DNA of 63,854 bases, filler included, from Collodictyon triciliatum (Eukaryota): assembly GCA_043381765.1 (NCBI GenBank). It is 23 parts of 23 records of this genome, joined end to end, with 100 filler letters (N's around TTAATTAATTAA, not from the genome) between each part and the next. Parts side by side here need not be neighbours in the genome. Positions count along the whole stretch, not along the records: positions 47,585 to 50,218 come from JBHJMP010008551.1; positions 50,319 to 52,947 come from JBHJMP010008552.1; positions 53,048 to 55,675 come from JBHJMP010008553.1; positions 55,776 to 58,402 come from JBHJMP010008554.1; positions 58,503 to 61,128 come from JBHJMP010008555.1; positions 61,229 to 63,854 come from JBHJMP010008556.1; 17 more parts are not named here. One strand, given 5' to 3'. The number at the start of each line of letters is the position of its first letter. Within the stretch, counting starts at the first letter, position 1. This document shows, piece by piece, positions 49,584-61,990 of the stretch. The notes below the pieces were generated by a model. That model was not told where the DNA came from. It made no database searches and worked only from the letters and a program-made list of their open reading frames with translations. The position numbers and the translations under genes are program-made.

Positions 49584-50009
49584 TACATAAAGTGTGGGTG
49601 GTGAATTGTTTAAGATTGACGGATGAATCTTTGTTTTTTTTTTTTGGTTTCTTTTCAACAGATAATGGAGAGAATAATAGAATTGAGTAATTATCTCTGC
49701 CTATCGCACACAAATGAGTTGTGGAAGAGATAAAGCAAAGCCTTAGATTGAGTGGTTGGAGTTTTTGTGTTTTGGGTGGAAGGGAAGAAAGAAGAAAAAT
49801 AAGATAGAAAGGAGAGAAAGTGTTCTCACACGCAGACTATTCTACCCGAGGGGAATCAGCTCCAACGCGATTTCTGGTTGTGTGCGAGACTGACAGAAGA
49901 GCGGATAAAGTTGTCGGGTCGATGAAAGTACGCACGTGGCAGTTACTTCTCAAATCGATTCCGACGAATCCTTCCAACCGTCTATCTCAGACAAGTCTTA
50001 CATCCTATT

Positions 50010-50209
50010 TCATTCCACAGGATGAGTCTTTTGAGGGGACAACGGGTCACTTTCCTTGCGTTTCTTGCTGGGCGACTCAGACAAAAAGCGATACATCGTT
50101 GTTTGTCTAGAATTATCGAAAGTGGCGCTTGACCGTCCCCTGGCATCGGGACCATGCGTAGCCGGCAGTGGACTTTGCTTAACCGGAGTATGGATACGCG
50201 CTTGTGGCT
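50010..50209 (-). CDS. Possible last exon of a nuclear protein with a PIP-like motif and NLS
   Basis: ...SRQTTMYRFLSESPSKKRKESDPLSPQKTHPVE* after a candidate AG acceptor. Confidence 0.35.
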
Positions 50210-51166
50210 TTTAGAAACNNNNNNNNNNNNNNNNNNNNNNNNNNNNNNNNNNNNNNNNNNNNTTAATTAATTAANNNNNNNNNNNNNNNNNNNNNNNNNN
50301 NNNNNNNNNNNNNNNNNNATTCTGTTCTTTTATTCTGTTCTTTTATTCTGTTCTTTTATTCTGTTCTTTTATTCTGTTCTTTTATTCTGTTCTTTTATTC
50401 TGTTCTTTTATTCTGTTCTTTTATTCTGTTCTTTTATTCTGTTCTTTTATTCTGTTCTTTTATTCTGTTCTTTTATTCTGTTCTTTTATTCTGTTCTTTT
50501 ATTCAACTTTCTTTTGTTCTGCTTTCTGTTCGGTCTTGGGCGTGGTACGGTCATGGGGTTGCGCTTTGTCAAACGATCCAGAATGCTGGAAAATCGAATG
50601 TATCTAATCATACCATTTTTGTAAATTGCTATATGTTAGTGATTGTTAGCGAATGACGATGATTTGAACAAAACAACATAGTTTTCCGTAGCAACCACGC
50701 ATCCAATAATGGCTATTTTCAATGAATCAGTCCTTCCGTCCACAATCACGATTGCAAACACACCCAATCGAAAGAAAAAAAAATGAAAGAAAACAAGAGA
50801 TTCTTGTAAAGACACACGTTGCACAACGCATCGCTCTCGATCAGAATGATCACATCAAAGAACACTGATTGTGCTGCTCAGTGGGGTTGGAGAGGGGCCT
50901 CTTTAATGCTGATTGCGAGTCAATTCAGTCTGCGAAAACATGGCAAAGACTTTGCAGGAAGATAAGACCATCTTTCTTCAATCTTTCCGATTGTTAGAGA
51001 AAAGGAAAGGCGCGCGGTCCGCAGGATTATCACTTTATTATTTCTCTATTTATTATTGTCATTATTAGTTAATCATGGTCAATTATTGTCAAGCACCTCA
51101 CAAGACCTTGGAATCATAAGTCATGTTATTGTCACAGTCGTGCACATTTTACCTCATGATACAAAC

Positions 51167-51202
<36 letters not shown>

Positions 51203-51380
51203 AAGAACACACCTCTGTTGACCGCGCTGTTTGCTGTTTTAAAAAAAAGAACATGAAAGAATATGCTTGAGTAATAATGGCCTTTTCTACCAACTAGCAA
51301 AACACAAGTATTCTAACTTCTACATCTTTATTTAATTCTTCCTTGCAGCTCGCAAAAGCACCACAGATCGTAGCGTCGAA

Positions 51381-52916
51381 ATGGCTAGACAAGTTGGAGG
51401 GTAAGGCTTCGGCGTTTACACGGCCTTTTCTCATATGTATCTTTTCATATGCCAGTTCTGTCCTAAATGATCTTATACAACCAAAAGTTTTCGCAAAAAG
51501 CCCTTCGAAAGCCAAACTTACTTTGACCTCACAGAATCCAAGACATGCTTAAGGATGGATCAAAGTATCTCTCCGGAGTGGACGAGACTGTCCTTAAAAA
51601 CGTCGAAAACTGCAAGAAGCTTTCTCAGATCAGCCGCACTTCCTTGGGGCCAAACGGTTTCGTTTCTTTCTACGAATTTAACATTTACTCTACAAACACC
51701 CTTGACAATATCACAACTGAGCGTTTGGTTCACCTGTGCAGGTATGAATAAGATGGTCATTAATCACCTGGACAAGCTCCTGGTTACCAACGACGCCGCA
51801 ACCATGCTCAAGGAAATGGAAGTTGTTCACCCTGCTGCGAAGATGATTGTGATTGCTTCGCAGAAACAAGCTGACGAGGTTGCTTTGTCCACTCTTTTTT
51901 ATTTTATTATTATTGTCAAAATCCACTTTAATGCCTCCATTCATTCGATCTGTAAATGTATTCGAGTAAGAACATTTTCAAGATCCTTTTATATTTCATT
52001 TGTGGAAAATGATACAAATGGATAACAGGGATAATGTAAATGAGTAGGGTGTTATCTTCAGCATATGTTAAATGGTGAACAATTGTACACATTCATACAG
52101 ATGGGTGATGCCACCAATCTCGTCGTGGTCTTTGCTGGCGAGCTCCTTGAACAAGCTGAAGCTCTTCTCAAGACCGGCCTTCATCCCAGTGAAATCATCG
52201 CTGGATATAACAAGGCTTGGGAGGAAGTCCTCAAGATAGCCCCTGAGCTTGGCTTCGAGAATATCGAGTCTGTCCGTGATGAGGCTGCCCTTCGCAGAGG
52301 AATCAAAACTGCACTTGCGGCAAAACTCTACGGCCGTGAAGACACTCTTGCCCGCTTGGTGACCGAGGTATGTATTAAGCTTTTCTATCTAATTTATGAC
52401 AACCTAGCTTTTTTTTTTATATTTACGTTTCGTTTGACATGACAGCATTTAAATGTTAACTATCTCTTTTCTTTTGGGTACAAATTCCTGAAATGAACCT
52501 CAACTCCGACGTCGTCATTAGGCTGCCCTTCTAGTCATGCCGAAGAACGTCAAAAACTTCAACGTGGACAACGTTCGTGTTGCTAAGATTCCCGGATCTG
52601 GTTTGGGCGACAGCTATGTTGTCAAGGGATTTGCAATTCTTCGTGATGTTGAAGGTGACTATTCTATCACAAGGACATCCAGTTCTATTTTTAAGTAAAT
52701 CTTTTATGGGTATGTTTATGGCTTGCACATACTGGATTATTATGACATACCTAAATTCAAACATTAGGAACAATCAAACGTGTCGCAAACGCAAAAGTTG
52801 CTGTCTTCACCTGCCAAATTGACATTGCAGCCACAGAGACCAAGGGAGTTGTTCTTCTCAAAAGTGGGAAAGAACTCGAGCAGTACAGTATTGGTGAAGA
52901 GCAAATTCTAGAGAGG
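51381..52916 (+). CDS. CCT8: T-complex protein 1 subunit theta, multi-exon, 3'-truncated
   Basis: MARQVGG/IQDMLKDGSKYLSGVDETVLKNVENCK..RTSLGPNG/MNKMVINHLDKLLVTNDAAT..HPAAK/MGDATN..GLHPSEI/FNVDNVRVAKIPG. Confidence 0.95.
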
Positions 52917-53047
52917 GTATGGCTCCGAAAGCAACAATTTTGCGATANNNNNNNNNNNNNNNNNNNNNNNNNNNNNNNNNNNNNNNNNNNNTTAATTAAT
53001 TAANNNNNNNNNNNNNNNNNNNNNNNNNNNNNNNNNNNNNNNNNNNN

Positions 53048-53488
53048 GACACAACAAAGGAGACCCAACGCGTCTGGAAACTCGGAAGTGGTAACATTTA
53101 ATATCGCGGTTCCGAAACACCCTTCTAACTACCAGAAGCCGCGGTCACCTTCCTACGAAAGGTCCTCCAGAGCACGCCATGGAAATACGTAAGTGTTTGG
53201 TGTCTTCTGAGCAATACTTTATTACTACTGCTTCTCTATTTTTTTTATTTTTTTTTTAAGAAAAGAAGACTCATATATTGACTGGGAGCATACTACGTAC
53301 CTCAGAACGCCATTCAGAAAATTCAAATTGAGCCATCGCGATAATCTTTCATCCTGATGAATAGGTACGATGGAAATCGCCCTCGAAACCAGCACGCAAC
53401 TGGAGAGGATAATCGACAGGCCAGAAGAAAAAGAGAGGACCCGCGCCCCAACCGAGTCCCGAAGCCCTCTGAAAACCAGAACAGCTAA
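53048..53488 (+). CDS. 3' exons of an unidentified gene (low complexity, R/N/P-rich)
   Basis: An open exon ends at a GTAAGT donor near 53189 and joins in phase to YDGNRPRNQ...ENQNS*. Confidence 0.4.
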
Positions 53489-54014
53489 CATAGAGCGCTC
53501 CTTCTGTCGCCCTTCAACTTCGAATCTTTTTGACTTTAACGGATTGCTTGCCTATTCCAACAACCCCGGATTCAATACATATAAAGGAATAGAGAATGTC
53601 GTGCAACAAATAAAAGTGGTGGCATTAAGAAGTGTCTTTCTTTGCAGTGGGTCACGTCTCATCCAAACAAGAACTTTATTCTTTTTTTAATTCACGGCCA
53701 ACCCGCATTTTTTCAATTGCCTATCAATTGTACCATCATTTTTCTCCTTTATACAGAGGCAATCCATCTATTCTCAAGATGTTGTATATGACATTTTTTT
53801 CTCCTTTCACTCCTTTTTAATATATACATGACTGGATATTAAATTATCTTCTACTGCATTTTCTTTGAAACAGAATAGGAGGGAGCTTTTCTTTTTCTCT
53901 ACAGCGGTTTATTTCAATACGTTGAGCGACATGTGCATGATAATAATAACAATAATTGTAATTTTCGATTTCGTTGGGGGACATGTGTATAGTAGCATGA
54001 AAGTAGCTTGTGAG

Positions 54015-55384
54015 CTACTTGGGTTTCTCAATATCTAGGTTATCAATCGGGCATTTGGTGGATGAATGGAGAAGCCACTTTTCGATGCACTCTGGGTGAT
54101 ACTGATGCCCGCATGTCAATCTTTTGACTTTTGAGCCCAGAGGCATTTCTGACAGACAAATCATGCATATACAATCATCTGTATCGACGGATACAATCGG
54201 GATGCTTTCTACCAATGATTTTTCCACGGTCTTTGGAGCAATCTAGGAACCCAAAGAAAAAATTCAATAAAGAGAAAGAAAATAGAAAATCGATGAGAGC
54301 ACACAGATATTTACTCAAGATAATATTTTCCATAATTTTTTCATCTCATATCAAATATTTGGTAAGGGATGGGATGAAAGATGCGTTGGATGGTGAATGA
54401 ATAATCAGGTACTCTAACACACGCTAAGTAGTAATTCACAGAGGAAAGGAAGAAAGAGTCAGGCTCGTACTCAGACAGACGACAGCGGTTATCAAAATCA
54501 CTTCATACCTGGCTATCGAGAAGCATCAACAACTCGTAGTCGTCGGGAGTGATTTCTCGGGTCTGGATGGCATAAATTTGTGACTGAGTCAAGCCACAAG
54601 GAAGAACAGGCTCTTCCCTAGAAGCTCCACCCGGTCGAGATACAATTGGTTTGGTCTCAACTTTCGGGATTTGGAGACTTTCTTGTATGGCTTTGCACAT
54701 CATCTGCTCAAACGAAACGACCGGGGCAGCGCAATGGGTGTATTTTGGCTCTTTTTTGATATAAGATTGAAGAATATCTGTATTGCACCATTCAACTCCT
54801 TTGTCTTTGGAGGCTCTCTGCTGGGAATTGAGCTTCAGATAAGGGTGAGGGGGCATGTCTTGCTTTGGCTTATGGTACTTTAGATAGTTACAACGTTCCT
54901 CGGGAGTGTAGCCAAGTTTTTGGAGGGTGTGAGCCTTCATGTACAGTCTGGAATTCATGGTCTGCCGGGGCTTTGGATTTTTCCCTCTAATTCGGTTAAA
55001 AGACCTGGATTTCTTTAGCAACTTGCGACTGAAGAAGTCGTTTTCGTCATACTTATCGTACTTGTCATCATAATCATCCTCGCTGTCGGAGATATCGCCA
55101 TCCTGGGGGTCATCTCTTAAAAATTCAGGTTCTGGCAGGGCTTCTTTGCTATCTGATGAAACAACTGGTTCTTCATATTGGAGAGAAGAGCAGTTTTCCG
55201 ACTCTGTGGAAGAAAACGATTCGGAATCTGAAGAATTATTGGACTGTTCAGAGCTATCAGTCGAGTATGAGATATCCAGTGTGATGACATCTAAGAAAAC
55301 TGGCTGGGGGATGTTCACCAGCTTCTCGTTGGACGGATGGAGTGCTGGGATATTGCGCTTGAGAATATCAGCATAAGACGCCAT
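54015..55384 (-). CDS. RING-H2 E3 ubiquitin ligase-like protein (2 exons)
   Basis: Exon 1 ends REITPDDYELLMLLDSQ. Exon 2 contains CMICLSEM...LTCGHQYHPECIEKWLLHSSTKCPID. Confidence 0.88.
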
Positions 55385-55580
55385 TTATTTTTCTTGATTT
55401 GGTCGATGCTCCTTGCCTTCTTGTAGTCGGTTGCTACTCAGTTGTATTATAAAAAAAACATTTCTTTGTCAATAATCCCACAATTTGTACTATTAAATCA
55501 AACGCAAGTGAGGGACTGGAGAAAAAAAAGAACAGATGTCTTCGATTCTGTACGCGGTGGGCCACTGTTTTGCAAAGTTG

Positions 55581-55675
<95 letters not shown>

Positions 55676-55801
55676 NNNNNNNNNNNNNNNNNNNNNNNNN
55701 NNNNNNNNNNNNNNNNNNNTTAATTAATTAANNNNNNNNNNNNNNNNNNNNNNNNNNNNNNNNNNNNNNNNNNNNCACACTACCTCAACCATACTCACCA
55801 G

Positions 55802-57330
55802 AGGTGTCATCGAATCTGGTATTGTTGACTGGCTGGACATGAAGAGCTTCAAGTTCGCTATGGATGGTATTAAAGATTGATATATCATGAAGTTGTATAG
55901 ACTCACTCGAAATACATGTCTATCTATCTCTTTTTTTTTCTATGACAGACTTTGTAGTCAAACAGCTGACTAAGACCATGCATATTTACAGTGAATTACT
56001 TTGGAGTGGTCCGGGTGACGAAAGCGTTTCTAGGTAAAGCATATAGAAGATTATTCCAAAACAAAGGCTGGACATGCCATCGTGTGTAAAGGATTATGTA
56101 TATACAAATATATCTGACTGGCGCGTGATATCAAACAGATATGATTAAAGAGTCCAAAGGGCGTATTATCAATATCGGAAGTGTTGCAGGATTTATCTCC
56201 TCAGGTGTTTTGAGCCCCTACAACGCATCCAAGGTAGTATTCTTACAATTTTTGTTCTCTTATTTCTAATTTTAAGTTAGAATCATGTGGCTACTCATTG
56301 TGATTTTGATGGGTTTTTTTATAGCTGTTAGCTTTTTTTTCTTGAGGAATAATCTCATTGCTTACAATCTCGCAATTTCTCTATCATCACCTAATGTAAA
56401 TGATATATGTCTACGACACTCCACATGATTTGGCATACTCCTGAAAACGGAATGGCTTGATACTTAATCTGACTGAAAGTTCGCAGTCCGGGCGTTTACA
56501 GAGGCACTTCGGTACGAAATGTTATCATGGGACGTTCATGTCTCCCTCATAGGTTTCGACATTGAATTGTATCGACATGTCTCATTTCCCTCATTTCCCT
56601 CATTTTTCTTTTTAAAGTCATTTTGTTTCTAAGTGTTCCGCTTTTCCATTCGTACTTTTCTTTTTTTTTCCTGTCAATCATCTATTTCTTTGGATTCACA
56701 CGACATTTGTGAGTCGCTCGTCTCCAATATGACACACGCTACTTTACATACATCAAACTTCTGCCTATGAAATATGTTCCAAAACAGAGCCATCTTTCAT
56801 GAAGACTCCACTTATCAAAAGTGGAACTGACAAACTCAAGGACTTATGGGAAAGCCAAAGCGAGATGGTATGTTTTGGAGAAATGAACACCGCGTTTATC
56901 ACAGAACACATAGACGGACGGGCATTTGGCTCAAGGGTCGATTATGGAACTTATATTTCCGACGAGTATTAAGAGAAAATATATGTAGAAAAAACAAGAA
57001 TACGGCCAGGATTTTTACGAGCATGTAAAGAAGATATATGAATTTTCATCCATTTTTACCGGAGACCCTATGGTCGTTGTTGAGAGGTGAGTATTAGTAA
57101 CAAAAACGGACTGCATGTTGGTGCACAGTCTTTATTTACTGTAATGTGTATCCCACTTAACAACGTTTTTGTGGTTCTATCTCTATGCATGGGCGTTGCA
57201 CCATGGTATCTGATTATGACTTCTCAGCATGAAGCACGCTGTTGAAGCCAGATATCCAAAACATACATACAAGTGTGGAGTAGATGCACCGGTTCTCTAC
57301 ATCATATCAATACTGCCCATATGGTTACAG
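55802..57330 (+). CDS. Short-chain dehydrogenase/reductase (RDH/17beta-HSD-like), multi-exon, partial
   Basis: VNYFGVVRVTKAFL / SKGRIINIGSVAG....SPYNASK / FAVRAFTEALRYEM..WDVHVSLI / EPSFMKTP. Confidence 0.9.
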
Positions 57331-58068
57331 TAAGTACAAAATGGAGCAATTATTCAAATCCTGCAGCAAGCAATTTAAGTGTAAACCGCAAATGCGCACC
57401 ACCAAAGCCTTCGTATTGGAGTTGCAACCCTCATGCTGCCGCATCTTCGTAGGCTAACTTTGCTCCGTTTGGCCCTTGGCTTACCTATTCCCAATATCCG
57501 GACCCGGCCGCAGTAGGTTGACTATCAAGAAGCGTGCTGTAGGCTGCGAGATAAAGCCTACTGCCGGAGCTATTGAAAAAGAGTCTACTGGTTCAATTAT
57601 CAGATTTGGTTTTTTTTTGTTTTTTTACAGCCAGAACAACCAAGCCACATTATAGCAGACAAGAATAGAAGTATGTGAATAACTTAAACTTTCTTTTTCT
57701 TTTTTTTTCCACGTTAACTGCATTCTCCGCCCCCTCTTCTATTCTTTCAATAGAATTCTATTCTTATCTTTTACCCAATGCATTTCCTGTTTTTGTTTTT
57801 TTTTGGTTTTCTGTGCAATTTCTTCAGGAGATTGTCGACGCTACTTGTCAGTTTATATTCACTTTCAGTCTTCCTCTGTGCATAATTATTTCTTGCCCTT
57901 CCCTGGCTGTGGGGTCGAGTATTTCTTGGCCATGTTTTGATCGCGAACAAGAGCATCGGTATACTGCGAGAACTCAGTCATTTTGTGGTGTGCAGCAGAG
58001 TCCACAGGCTCGGCATCGGAAAGTTTGTTAACTGATGTTTAATGTATGCGATTATGATTAATTCAAGT

Positions 58069-58197
58069 CCACACGATGGCTAGCGAACCGAAGCCAACAT
58101 CTCCACCATCACGCGCAAAATTGAAAGGAAGAATAATCCAAAAAAAAAAAAAAAAAAAGAAAATAAAAAAAAACAAAAAAACCAAACAGCTTTAACC

Positions 58198-58237
<40 letters not shown>
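58069..58237 (+). mobile_element. Short 3'-end copy of retroelement family A
   Basis: ATGGCTAGCGAACCGAAGCCAACATC...AAAATTGAAAGGAAGAATAA plus a long A-rich tail. Candidate TSD TAATTCAAGT at 58059-58068 and 58243-58252. Confidence 0.7.
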
Positions 58238-58239
<2 letters not shown>

Positions 58240-58341
58240 AGGTAATTCAAGTTAACAGTACAACCAAACAGCTTTAACCCAAACATAATGAAATTCAAGA
58301 TACAGACAGAACAAAATTTCGATAGAGGTCACTCTGCAAGC

Positions 58342-58372
<31 letters not shown>

Positions 58373-58716
58373 AAAAAAAAAAAAAAGGCATAAACCAAAA
58401 CANNNNNNNNNNNNNNNNNNNNNNNNNNNNNNNNNNNNNNNNNNNNTTAATTAATTAANNNNNNNNNNNNNNNNNNNNNNNNNNNNNNNNNNNNNNNNNN
58501 NNTTTGTATTGTATTTGTATTGTATTTGTATTGTATTTGTATTGTATTTGTATTGTATTTGTATTGTATTTGTATTGTATTTGTATTGTATTTGTATTGT
58601 ACTGAACGCGGAAAGTTTTTGATGTAAATTATAGCAGTGCCGTATAAAATAGGGACGCAATAAATCCCTAATAAAACGAGGCGATGATGTATTGCTATAC
58701 AATTTGTGGCAAACAT

Positions 58717-60995
58717 ACAGCTTTTGTTGTTGCATCGGCCAGGTCTCGCAAATACTGGCGCTTCGCCTGCAACTTGGCTTTGAGGCTTTCTGTGCACAAA
58801 TTGTAGACATCGAGTGTGTGCTGGAACCGAACAGCCCGGAGAATCTTTGCCTTCACACGCTCTTTCGGTTTCCAAAAGAACCGCACAAAAGAGACCGTCA
58901 AGTAGGGCGGCAATTTCGAAATACGGGAGGACTGGGATAGTAAAATAAATTTAACAACACGGTTGATGACTGTCATCAATAGATTGCAGTTCACCGAGTC
59001 GATTGCCATCCATGATGAGAAGAAATGAATAGAATATCGTATGAATGGGTCAGCATGCGTCTCCTACCTTCTTGTATAATGCATCTCGCCCAAGTGCAAG
59101 AGAGTGCTTTGTGATTGGCTCTTCAAGACCCTGCAAGAAAGGAAAGGAAGTATTAGAAAAGTTGATTCATCAATCGGCTGTACCATTTAAATAAAAGAAA
59201 ATGCATAAAAGAAAAAAAGTAAAATAAGTATGTAAACCAATGAACCTAGGAAACAGTGGAATGGCAATATGAAGATATAACTCCTACTTCTGTGAGGCCC
59301 TCCAAAAGGTGATTTGTGGAGGCACTAATATGACAAGATAGCTTGAAGAAGGTCTCGGTACCTGCTTGGGGAGCCTCACTGCCTTCGGTACAAACAACCC
59401 TGCTCATAAACATCCATTAAGCACATGCGCATTCATTTCAAATGGGAAGGTCAAAAACTCTGACATCTGTTCAAAAAGCATCGGCTATTTACTCTGTTTC
59501 AAATTCGCCGCCAAACAATCGATCGACAGCGTTTTCTACTGACTGGCCAAAGCGTTGTTTCACACTTGTGACAAGCTGACTCCAGCATTCTTCTGCGTCC
59601 TGCTGCATGGGCTGACCGGCAGGTGTTGTTTGCGAAAATTGAGGGAACACAAGCTTCAACGCCTACGGGAATTGGGACAAGAACAGCAACATGAGCCTCA
59701 AACCAACCCTTATGTAGCAAATACGCACATAATTAACGCAGTTGCAATTTCTTGAAAGAGAGAAAAATAAGCAAGGTAAATAGGGACAAGAGAATATGGA
59801 AGGATAGGATTTTTCTGTAAAACTCCGAGAGTGGCATGTTTCACGAATATAACTTTAATGGATGTTGGAGATGATTATGGCATAATGATGGCAACTAAAA
59901 GTAGAACGAGAATAAAAAGAATGAAGGGGTGTTTAAACTCTTACCGTCCAGAAAACAAATGGAGGGATGGCATTTTGAGCAGTTTTCATATCCCTGAAAA
60001 GCTGAGACAGCACGCCCACAATGCGAGTATTTCCATCGAGCCCCTGAGCGTCGGCTGGCATTCTGTACAGTGAGTGATTTAGGGCGCACAGAAACCCTTC
60101 TCAAATACGCATATTACATCCAATATACAGGACATGCCGCTAAGGTGTTTCATAAAATTGAGAATAATGACCATATGTAAAACTATTCTTCCAAATCTAG
60201 TCAATCAATCTCAGCAACAACAAAGGGTCTCATAATTATTGGTGAACCTAGCCATAGCCTGAATCAACTCCGGAACTGTAGCCAGGCACTGAAGAGTAGC
60301 GTTCATATAACACGTGTTTCCCAGATTCATGAGACCAACAGGATATTTTCTCTCTTCTACCTGAGATGTTGGAATTCCTTTAGGGTAACAGGCAAAAGCT
60401 TCCATGGGATGTATTGATTGGTCACTAGAAAGTACGGAAAACTGACCTCCACAACTTCACTCGGCTTTTCAACGACAGGCGCAGAGCTGGCCTCTGCCTG
60501 AGCTGTCTCGAGTGCTGCTGAAGACTCTGCAGTTCCCATCAGGACGAATTGATGGCCCTGGAAATGAATCAAAACTTTGCACTCAAGGATGTAGTTCAAT
60601 GAGAGGGTAAAAAGTCGGGGATTGATTGGTTATGTGTAGGAAGTAGAGAGAAAGCATCTGCTGGGGTTTTCCTGTTTGGAAAGCTCATGCAAGAGGTATA
60701 CATGAACGCTTTATCTCGATATGATGAATGTTAGGTATATCAGATACTGATGTTTTAAAAAAGCTGTTACATTTTTGACTCCCAAAGTTCTCCAATTTGT
60801 GGTGGGCTGTTTAGCGCGTGATGCATAGACAGAGGGTGTTTACAAGTGAGTAAGTAAACCCAATTATTCACATAAAGGATCAGAATTAAGGTGATGAGTG
60901 TGTAAAATATGTCAAATGCACTTGGACACTTTTCATTTCAGCTGGTGTAATACACATGATGAGTTTCGATGAATAGACAGACGCTTTTTTTTTCG

Positions 60996-61043
<48 letters not shown>

Positions 61044-61128
61044 ACCGTGTGAATAAGGCTACATGAAAATTGAGAAAGATCGCCCACCTTCACCATTTGT
61101 CCTTTGGTAAGGATCTTTTGTTTCTCTG
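58717..61128 (-). CDS. USP14: Ubiquitin carboxyl-terminal hydrolase 14 / Ubp6, multi-exon, partial
   Basis: UBL remnant QKILTKG..VK and FVLMGT, then PVGLMNLGNTCYMNATLQCL..VPEL, QQDAEECW, KLSCHI and ISKLPPYLTVSFVRFFWK....KAKILRAVRF. Confidence 0.93.
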
Positions 61129-61241
61129 NNNNNNNNNNNNNNNNNNNNNNNNNNNNNNNNNNNNNNNNNNNNTTAATTAATTAANNNNNNNNNNNNNNNN
61201 NNNNNNNNNNNNNNNNNNNNNNNNNNNNATATATTTTAAAG

Positions 61242-61324
<83 letters not shown>

Positions 61325-61404
61325 TATAGCCATAACCTGTCGAGTAGCTCGAAATATTATAATTATGGCCTTTATTATCTTTTGGGGATATAAAAACAGA
61401 AACA

Positions 61405-61990
61405 TATATCCCACCAAACTCTCTTGGACGCATTGTACCCAACTCTGTAGTCGATGACAGGGAGTTGACTGAATGGTTTCGTGACGTTTTCCCATGACAA
61501 AGGGGGAGAAAACTCCATAACATAACCATTTTCCTTTCCACTGAACATGTATGACGGAGCTCCATAATCTTTCACGATACCTAATATGTACGATTTCAAT
61601 GACCTTTATACTTTCCACATAATATCTGATTCATTATAGGCGAGACAATGAGTTCCTGTTACCTATGATTCCACCGTCTTGGTAGCCAATGTACGCCTGT
61701 GATAAAATGCTGCTTTTCTATACGAAATTCTCCATTAAATTCTCCATCGTGATTCCATAAAACTCATTTGGATTTAGACAAGCGGTTAACCAAACAAATA
61801 AAGGAAATGAAGAGTCACCTCGACAATACCCATGTTAGCAAATCTGGCAGCAAAGTTGTCCCCTTGTACTCCGTTCTTCTCAAAATCCCACATATAGTAT
61901 GTCAACTCAAAAACTCTGAGGATTTCGTGGGGGATATTCAGCGCGGCTTGTATTTCTTGCTGGATTCGTTCCACAGTCTGTGGGGTGCAA
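61405..61990 (-). CDS. Possible Cache-like extracellular sensor exons of a membrane receptor
   Basis: ERIQQEIQAALNIPHEI / AYIGYQDGGII / ...GYNASKRVW resemble the dCache Y.G..DG and Y....R.W motifs. Flanked by GT-AG sites. Confidence 0.4.
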
